Source: a candidate division WOR-3 bacterium (GTDB lineage: Bacteria > Hydrothermota > Hydrothermia > Hydrothermales > Hydrothermaceae). Taken from it: a DNA stretch of 13,547 nucleotides. The position numbers were made by a program, and so were the translations under genes. Shown in pieces: positions 7,898 to 13,547 of this stretch (the first letter of the stretch is position 1; every line of letters starts with the position of its first letter). The notes beneath the pieces are model-generated. The model searched no databases and was not told the DNA's origin. It saw only the letters and a program-made list of their open reading frames with translations. The DNA lies in the NCBI GenBank assembly GCA_039803745.1, contig JBDRZD010000029.1, positions 10,843 to 24,389 of the forward strand, given 5' to 3'.

Positions 7898-9440
7898 AAA
7901 ACTTGTAGAGGAGTATTTAAAAGAGGAAGTATTTTTTGAAAAACCTAAAAAAAGCGAATATGGAGATTATGCATTCTGTCTTTTTGATATTTCAAAAAAA
8001 AGAAAGGAAAATCCTGAAAAAATTTTTGAGGAAATAAAAGAAGTTTTAGAAAAAAAGAAAGAATTTTTTGAAAAAATAGAATATATAAATGGATTTTTAA
8101 ATATAAAACTCTCTTATGATATCCTTATAGAAAATTTAAAAGAAATTTTAAGGGAAAAAGAAAATTTTGGAAAAATAAATATAGGCAATAAAAAAATAAA
8201 TCTTGAATTTGTCTCGGCAAATCCAACAGGTCCTTTAAACATAGCAAATGCAAGGGCAGCCTCAATAGGTGATACGCTTGCAAATATTTTAAAGAGTGCA
8301 GGTTTTCATGTTGAAAAGGAATATTATGTGAATGATTCAGGAAATCAGGTTAAAATTCTTGAAGAATCTTTAAATTTGAGAATAAAAGAGATAAAAGGGG
8401 AAAAGGTTATATTTCCAGAAAATTTTTATCCGGGTGAATATTTAATAGAGATTGCAAAAGAAATTGTTGAGAAAAATATAGAGGATAGAAAAGAGTATGC
8501 AATAAATAAAATTCTTGAATGGCAAAAGAATTCCCTTTCAAAAATAGGGGTTAAATTTGATAATTTTGTAAGAGAGAGCAGTATAAGAAAGAGTAATAAA
8601 ATAAATGAAGTTTTAAAAAAATTATCAAAGTATACTTATGAAAAGGAAGGAGCACTTTATTTTAAATCAACCCTTTTTGAAGACGATAAGGACAGGGTTT
8701 TGATTAAAAAAGATGGTGAAATAACATATTTCCTTGCTGACCTTGCATACCACCTTGATAAAATAGAAAGGGGTTTTGATATTTTGATAAACATATGGGG
8801 TCCTGATCATCATGGATATATAAACAGGATGAAAGCAGGTTTAAAAGCAATGGGTTTTGAAAATTTTGAAGTAATTATTGCACAGCAGGTAAATTTAAAG
8901 ATGGGGGAAAAACCTTTTAGGATTTCAAAGAGAAAAGGAATATATTATACAATGGATGAGTTAATAGAAGAGGCAGGAAAGGATGCAATAAGGATGTTTA
9001 TGCTTTTAAAAACTTGTGATTCACCACTTGATTTTGACATAGAACTTGCAAAAAAAACCGCAAGTGAAAACCCTGTATATTATCTTCAATATATGCATGC
9101 AAGATGCGTTAATGTTAGAAAGTTTGCAATGGAAAAAGGGATAGATTGTGAAAAATTTAATGAAAATTATTTAAAAGGTGAGGAAGAAAGAAAAATACTT
9201 GTAAATCTTTTTTATTTTAAAGATATTATTGAAAAAAGCGCGATTTTAAGGGCTCCCCATCTTTTACCTTATTTTTTATTAGAAGTTGCAGGAAGTTATC
9301 ACTTTTACTATCAATCAAAAAGAATAGTGGGTGAGGATAAGGAGGTTTCAAAAGCAAGACTCGCATTAAACAATGCATGTGAATATGTTATAAAAAATGG
9401 TTTAAAAATTATGGGTATAGATACACCTGAAAAAATGTAA
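7863..9440 (+). CDS. argS: Arginine--tRNA ligase
   Basis: GDY, GFLNI, LEFVSANPTGPL, DDKDRVLIKKDG.TY..DLAYH, WGPDHHGY, GKDAIR, NPVYYLQYMHAR and C-terminal PEKM. Start is probably ATG 7863 or TTG 7881 rather than 7827. Confidence 0.96.
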   Translation: MESGKFLRKEIEKLVEEYLKEEVFFEKPKKSEYGDYAFCLFDISKKRKENPEKIFEEIKEVLEKKKEFFEKIEYINGFLNIKLSYDILIENLKEILREKENFGKINIGNKKINLEFVSANPTGPLNIANARAASIGDTLANILKSAGFHVEKEYYVNDSGNQVKILEESLNLRIKEIKGEKVIFPENFYPGEYLIEIAKEIVEKNIEDRKEYAINKILEWQKNSLSKIGVKFDNFVRESSIRKSNKINEVLKKLSKYTYEKEGALYFKSTLFEDDKDRVLIKKDGEITYFLADLAYHLDKIERGFDILINIWGPDHHGYINRMKAGLKAMGFENFEVIIAQQVNLKMGEKPFRISKRKGIYYTMDELIEEAGKDAIRMFMLLKTCDSPLDFDIELAKKTASENPVYYLQYMHARCVNVRKFAMEKGIDCEKFNENYLKGEEERKILVNLFYFKDIIEKSAILRAPHLLPYFLLEVAGSYHFYYQSKRIVGEDKEVSKARLALNNACEYVIKNGLKIMGIDTPEKM

Positions 9441-10111
9441 TGGAATCTGTTGTTGAATTTTTTGATGTTACAAAAATATATAGAGAAAAGTATTATGCAT
9501 TAAAAAACATAAATTTAAGTGTAAAAAAAGGAGAATTTATATTTATTGTTGGACCTTCAGGGGCAGGAAAAACAACACTATTAAAATTGATTTATATGGA
9601 AGAATTTCCCGAGGAAGGTGAAGTAAGGGTTTTTGGATTTTCAAATAAAGAAATAAAGAAAAAGGATATTGCCTTTTTAAGAAGAAAAATAGGAGTAATA
9701 TTTCAAGATTTTAGGCTCCTTACTGATAGAAATGCTTTAGAAAATGTTATCTTTGCTTTGGAGAGTATAGGTATTCCTTATAAAGAGGCAAGGGAGAAAT
9801 CGTTAAAAGTTTTAACTGATATAGGGCTTGTTTCAAAAGCAGACAATGAAATATTTGATCTCTCAGGTGGTGAACAGCAAAAAATATGTATTGCAAGGGC
9901 ACTTGTAAGGGAACCAATAATTTTGATTGCTGACGAACCAACTGGAAATATAGATCCGAAATCACAGGATGAGATAATAGATTTACTTGTAGATATCCAT
10001 GGAAAAGGGACAACAGTTATAATGGCAACACATAATTATGCACTGATGGAAAAAATACCTATTAAAAGGGTAATACACTTAGAAAGAGGTGAAATCAAAA
10101 AAATAGAATGA
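9440..10111 (+). CDS. ftsE: Cell division ATP-binding protein FtsE
   Basis: Walker A GPSGAGKTT, FtsE-typical LRRKIGVIFQDFRLL, LSGGEQQ, ADEPTGNID and ATHN. TAATG overlap with argS. Confidence 0.87.
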   Translation: MESVVEFFDVTKIYREKYYALKNINLSVKKGEFIFIVGPSGAGKTTLLKLIYMEEFPEEGEVRVFGFSNKEIKKKDIAFLRRKIGVIFQDFRLLTDRNALENVIFALESIGIPYKEAREKSLKVLTDIGLVSKADNEIFDLSGGEQQKICIARALVREPIILIADEPTGNIDPKSQDEIIDLLVDIHGKGTTVIMATHNYALMEKIPIKRVIHLERGEIKKIE

Positions 10112-10563
10112 TAATAAAACCTGAAAATTTCTTTTTAACAGCAGGAAAAGGTAAAGGGGAATATCCATTAATTGCCTTTGACAATGCTTTAAAAGATGCA
10201 AAGATATCAGATTATAACCTTTTAAAAGTATCAAGTATTTTACCAAATGGAGTAAAAGAAAAGAAAATTATTGATTTACCAAAAGGTTCAATAATATTTA
10301 TAGCCTATTCCTATTTAATTGCAGAAGAAGGATTAATAACAAGTGCCTGTTCTGTTGCAATTCCTCAAAGAGAAAACGATATTGGAGTTATAATGGAATT
10401 TTCAGGAAATGTATCAAAAAAAGAGGCAGAGGAAAAAGTAAAAGAGATGGCAGAAATTGCAATGAAAGAGAGAAATATTTTAATAAAAAAAATTCTTGTT
10501 AAATCAAAAAGTATCATTGCAAAAAAATATTCCTGTGTTATTTCTGGTTGCTGTTTGTGGTAA
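10108..10563 (+). CDS. pdaD: Pyruvoyl-dependent arginine decarboxylase
   Basis: AFDNALKDAKISDYNLLKVSSILP carries the Ser42-Ser43 self-cleavage site; G.IME motif also present. ATGA overlap with ftsE. Confidence 0.9.
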   Translation: MIIKPENFFLTAGKGKGEYPLIAFDNALKDAKISDYNLLKVSSILPNGVKEKKIIDLPKGSIIFIAYSYLIAEEGLITSACSVAIPQRENDIGVIMEFSGNVSKKEAEEKVKEMAEIAMKERNILIKKILVKSKSIIAKKYSCVISGCCLW

Positions 10564-11050
10564 TATTTTTTAAATAATTCTTCCATTCATTTTTATAAAT
10601 TTCTTTTCTTTTTTCATAAGGGATAAATTCAATCCCAAGGATTTCAAAAATCTCTTTTTCTTTTCTTGCAACAATTTCCCATTTATCCCTTTTATAAAGT
10701 CCATATTGATTCAATAAAAATCCCTTCCTCTTTGCAATACCCCGCAGCCATACATTAAATTTACCTGAACCTATTAAATAAAGGGAGAAACTTTCCCATG
10801 AATCCTTATATTCTTCTGGAAGTGAATATATTTCAATCCTTTCATAAAAATCAAATTTTTTCAAAATATTTTTTGCTCTTTCATAATCCTTTTCATTAAC
10901 AAGAATATCAACATCACCAATTGTTTCTTCTTTCCTTATATAAGAGCCATAAATTCCAAATTCAATATTCTCTTTTTTAAAAATCTCCTCAATTTTTTTA
11001 ACAATCTCCTCACATTCACTTAATGAAATTCTTTCCTTTATTTTTGCCAA
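10538..11050 (-). CDS. Minimal family X DNA polymerase-like nucleotidyltransferase (palm + thumb only)
   Basis: GSYIRKEETIGDVDILV is the Pol beta GS...DxD motif. YLIGSGKFNVWLRGIAKRKGFLLNQYGLY and EKEIFEILGIEFIPYEKR match the Pol beta/PolX thumb. TTG start directly follows the upstream TAA, with GGAG SD upstream. Confidence 0.85.
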   Translation of the reverse strand: MAKIKERISLSECEEIVKKIEEIFKKENIEFGIYGSYIRKEETIGDVDILVNEKDYERAKNILKKFDFYERIEIYSLPEEYKDSWESFSLYLIGSGKFNVWLRGIAKRKGFLLNQYGLYKRDKWEIVARKEKEIFEILGIEFIPYEKRKEIYKNEWKNYLKNITTNSNQK

Positions 11051-11548
11051 TTAGAAAATCTCACTCCATTTTTTTGCAAGTTCATCCCTTCTTGGTTTAT
11101 AAACAAGTTCATAAAAACTTCGCTGGGAGAGTAGAATATCTTTTTCATAGGATTTACATATTTCAACTGCTTCCTTAAATGCCTCCTCCCATTTGCCACC
11201 AAACCTTCTTTCAATCTGCTTTTCAAAATTCTCTGGTGTCTGAATTTCATCACCTATAACATAAAATTTTTTACCTTCAATTTCAACACAGTAAGCCATC
11301 TCATCACCTATATGTTCAATACCAAAGGTTTCTTTTATTTTTTCAACTTTCTCCTTTGGAACTTTAATTCTTTCAAATGCTACCTTCCTTGGTCCTTTTA
11401 CAAGTTTTGGCTTAAAACCCTTTTTTGCAGCAGCATAAAATATTGCTCTATTCAATCCAAAACTTTTAGCTTCAGGAAGACTTTTGCCTAAACAATATGC
11501 CCTTGCAGCCTGCAATGTTGCCATTACTTGAAATCTTCCTATTTTCAT
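11051..11548 (-). CDS. Conserved hypothetical protein (basic, helical)
   Basis: 165-aa ORF with coding-like composition, its own promoter, and motif-like ends GRFQVMATLQAARA..LG...AKSFGLNRAIFYAAAK and FYELVYKPRRDEL. No function recognised. Confidence 0.8.
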   Translation of the reverse strand: MKIGRFQVMATLQAARAYCLGKSLPEAKSFGLNRAIFYAAAKKGFKPKLVKGPRKVAFERIKVPKEKVEKIKETFGIEHIGDEMAYCVEIEGKKFYVIGDEIQTPENFEKQIERRFGGKWEEAFKEAVEICKSYEKDILLSQRSFYELVYKPRRDELAKKWSEIF

Positions 11549-11554
11549 ATTAAA

Positions 11555-11583
11555 ATTATAAAATATTTTTTAAAAAATTTCTA
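11555..11583 (-). promoter_or_regulatory. Putative sigma70 promoter for hypothetical + mini-PolX cassette (leaderless)
   Basis: TAGAAA (11583-11578), 17-nt spacer, TATAAT (11560-11555), 6 nt, then ATG 11548. Confidence 0.55.
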
Positions 11584-11589
11584 TCATCT

Positions 11590-11619
11590 TTGAAAATTCA
11601 GGAATTTTTTTTATAAAAT
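11590..11619 (+). promoter_or_regulatory. Putative sigma70 promoter for acetoacetate-CoA ligase (leaderless)
   Basis: TTGAAA (11590-11595), 18-nt spacer, TAAAAT (11614-11619), 6 nt, then ATG 11626. Confidence 0.6.
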
Positions 11620-11625
11620 AAAAAT

Positions 11626-13547
11626 ATGGAAAAACATAAAGTATTGTGGAAACCATCTAAAAATTTAATTGAAAAATCAAATATTAAAAAATTTATAAAT
11701 TTTTTAAATAAAAGATACAATTTAAATATAAAAGATTATTTTGATTTATATGATTTTTCAATAAAGGATATCCCATTTTTCTGGGAAAATTTCTGGGATT
11801 TTATTGAAATAAAATATAAAGAAAAATTCAAAGAAGTTGTTGATGATTTAAATAAATTCCCTGGTGCTTACTGGTTTAAAGGTGCAAAGTTAAATTATGC
11901 TGAGAATATGTTAAGATTTAGGGACAAAAAGATAGCAATAAAATATATAAGGGAGGATGGAATAAAAAAAGAGATAAGTTATAAAGAAATTTATGAAACT
12001 CTTTCAAAAGTTGTGAGTGCTCTTAAAAAGTTAGGAATTAAAAAGGGAGATAAGATAGCAGGATTTATGCCAAATATGATTGAAACAGCAATATTTATGT
12101 TATCCTCTGCATCAATTGGTGCAATATGGTCATCCTGTGGAACAGAAATTGGAACAAATGCAATAATTGATAGGTTTTCTCAGATTGAACCAAAAATAAT
12201 TTTCACTGTTGATTCTTACATTTATAAAGGAAAAATTTATGATAATATTGAGAAAATAAAGGAAATTGTTAAAAATATTCCATCAATTGAAAAATTTATA
12301 ATTGTTCCATATTTTGATAAGAAGAAAAAAATTCCCTTGAAAAACTCTTTATATTTTGATGAATTTATAGAAAAAGAGGAAGTAAAAGAAATAGATTTTG
12401 AAATGGTAAGTTATGAAGACCCTTTATTTATAATGTTTTCATCAGGAACAACAGGGAAACCAAAATGCATTGTTCAAAGCCAGATAGGTGTTCTCATAAA
12501 CCATTTAAAAGAACTTTATTTACATACAGATTTAAAAGAAAATGATGTTATAACTTATATAACAACACCAAGCTGGATGATGTGGAACTGGCTTTTAAGT
12601 TCACTCTTTTTTCATCCAAAAATTATTTTATATGATGGTAACCCCTTTTATCCTGATATTGGGAGAATGTTTAAAATAATTGAAGAGGAAAAGATAAGCA
12701 TATTTGGTTTGAGCGCATCGTATATAAATTATTTAAAATCAAATAACTTTAAACCAAGAGAAAAATATAACTTAAAAACATTAAGGGAGATTTCCCAAAC
12801 AGGCTCACCTTTATCAGAAGAAGGGTTTGAATATGTTTATGAAAATATTAAAGATGATTTATGGCTAAATTCAATATCAGGAGGAACTGAAATAAATGGT
12901 TGTTTTGTTGCAGGTTCACCAACTTTAAAAGTACATTCAGGTGAGATACAGGCAAAGGCACTTGCAATGAAAGTTAAGATATATGATGAAGAAGGAAATG
13001 AAATAATTGATAAAATTGGTGAACTTGTTTGTGAAGCACCTTCACCATCAATGCCTTTATATTTTTACAATGACCCTGATTTCAAAAAATATAGGGAAAC
13101 ATATTTTGAATTTTATAAGAATAAGAATGTATGGAGACACGGTGATTACGCAATATTTTACAGTAAAACAAAAGGATTAAAATTCTTTGGTCGTTCTGAT
13201 GCAACATTAAAGATAAAAGGGGTAAGAATTGGGACATCAGAAATATATAATGTTTTAGAAAATATTGAAGAAATTGAAGATAGTCTTGCAACAAGTAAAA
13301 GATACGGTGATGAGGAAGAGATTATACTCTTTGTGAAAATGAAAAAAGGGATTAAACTTACAGAAGAAATAGAGGAAAAGATAAGAAAGAATTTAAGGGA
13401 AAGGGCTTCGCCAAGACATGTTCCATATAAAATAATAGAGGTTCCTGATATACCTTATACTCCTAATATGAAAAAAGTTGAGATTGCAGTTAAAAAAATA
13501 ATTGAAGGTGAAAAGGTCATAAATAAAGAAAATTTAATAAATCCTGA
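11626..13547 (+). CDS. Acetoacetate--CoA ligase (acetoacetyl-CoA synthetase), partial (runs off right edge)
   Basis: Not in the ORF track because there is no stop in the window. Manual translation: MEKHKVLWKPS..., WFKGAKLNYAEN, MFSSGTTGKPKCIV, SWMMWNWLLS, SISGGTEINGCF, WRHGD, GRSDATL..GVRIGTSEIY, SPRHVP, IPYT.NMKKVEIAVK. Confidence 0.93.
   Translation, partial: MEKHKVLWKPSKNLIEKSNIKKFINFLNKRYNLNIKDYFDLYDFSIKDIPFFWENFWDFIEIKYKEKFKEVVDDLNKFPGAYWFKGAKLNYAENMLRFRDKKIAIKYIREDGIKKEISYKEIYETLSKVVSALKKLGIKKGDKIAGFMPNMIETAIFMLSSASIGAIWSSCGTEIGTNAIIDRFSQIEPKIIFTVDSYIYKGKIYDNIEKIKEIVKNIPSIEKFIIVPYFDKKKKIPLKNSLYFDEFIEKEEVKEIDFEMVSYEDPLFIMFSSGTTGKPKCIVQSQIGVLINHLKELYLHTDLKENDVITYITTPSWMMWNWLLSSLFFHPKIILYDGNPFYPDIGRMFKIIEEEKISIFGLSASYINYLKSNNFKPREKYNLKTLREISQTGSPLSEEGFEYVYENIKDDLWLNSISGGTEINGCFVAGSPTLKVHSGEIQAKALAMKVKIYDEEGNEIIDKIGELVCEAPSPSMPLYFYNDPDFKKYRETYFEFYKNKNVWRHGDYAIFYSKTKGLKFFGRSDATLKIKGVRIGTSEIYNVLENIEEIEDSLATSKRYGDEEEIILFVKMKKGIKLTEEIEEKIRKNLRERASPRHVPYKIIEVPDIPYTPNMKKVEIAVKKIIEGEKVINKENLINP

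Noticed and set aside
11561..11578. AAATATTTTTTAAA shared by both divergent intergenic gaps (7061-7074, 11561-11574), and palindrome ATTTTTTAAAAAAT, as a possible operator
   Set aside because: Pure A/T low-complexity sequence; a near-identical string also occurs at about 10562 within coding sequence, so chance is sufficient.
7644..13294. Short ORFs 7644-7862, 9747-10013, 10365-10586, 11038-11253 and 13082-13294
   Set aside because: All are antisense or out-of-frame within well-supported genes and show no recognisable motifs.
6161..13547. Possible mevalonate link between acetoacetate-CoA ligase and ispA
   Set aside because: They are in different transcription units 4.5 kb apart, and no HMG-CoA synthase or reductase is in the window.
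1..13547. tRNA, rRNA, rnpB, riboswitch, CRISPR array, IS/integrase or intrinsic terminators
   Set aside because: Intergenic gaps are under 80 nt, AT-rich and occupied by promoter boxes. I saw no GC-rich stems, spaced direct repeats or transposase motifs.

Overview
Very AT-rich, gene-dense bacterial chromosomal segment; the gene content (heptose kinase, PorV-like barrel, T9SS-like C-terminal sorting domain) points to a diderm, possibly thermophilic FCB-superphylum/WOR-3-like organism (inference). There are four gene blocks. (1) A minus-strand run 7042->1: polyprenyl synthetase, ComEA-HhH/beta-barrel protein, C4 zinc-ribbon protein, RNase HI, HIT hydrolase, RfaE1, a secreted repeat protein with a FlgD-Ig/T9SS-like CTD, and a truncated PorV/PorQ-like gene. 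(2) A plus-strand operon 7111->10563: LytR_C protein, rsfS, argS, ftsE and a pyruvoyl arginine decarboxylase. (3) A minus-strand two-gene cassette 11548->10538: a hypothetical protein abutting a 170-aa minimal PolX (palm+thumb only, ASFV Pol X-like architecture). (4) An acetoacetate-CoA ligase running off the right end. The most notable signals are the mini-PolX cassette, leaderless promoter architecture at operon-leading genes, and an ArgRS with NIAN in place of HIGH. I saw no RNA genes, CRISPR arrays or mobile elements.
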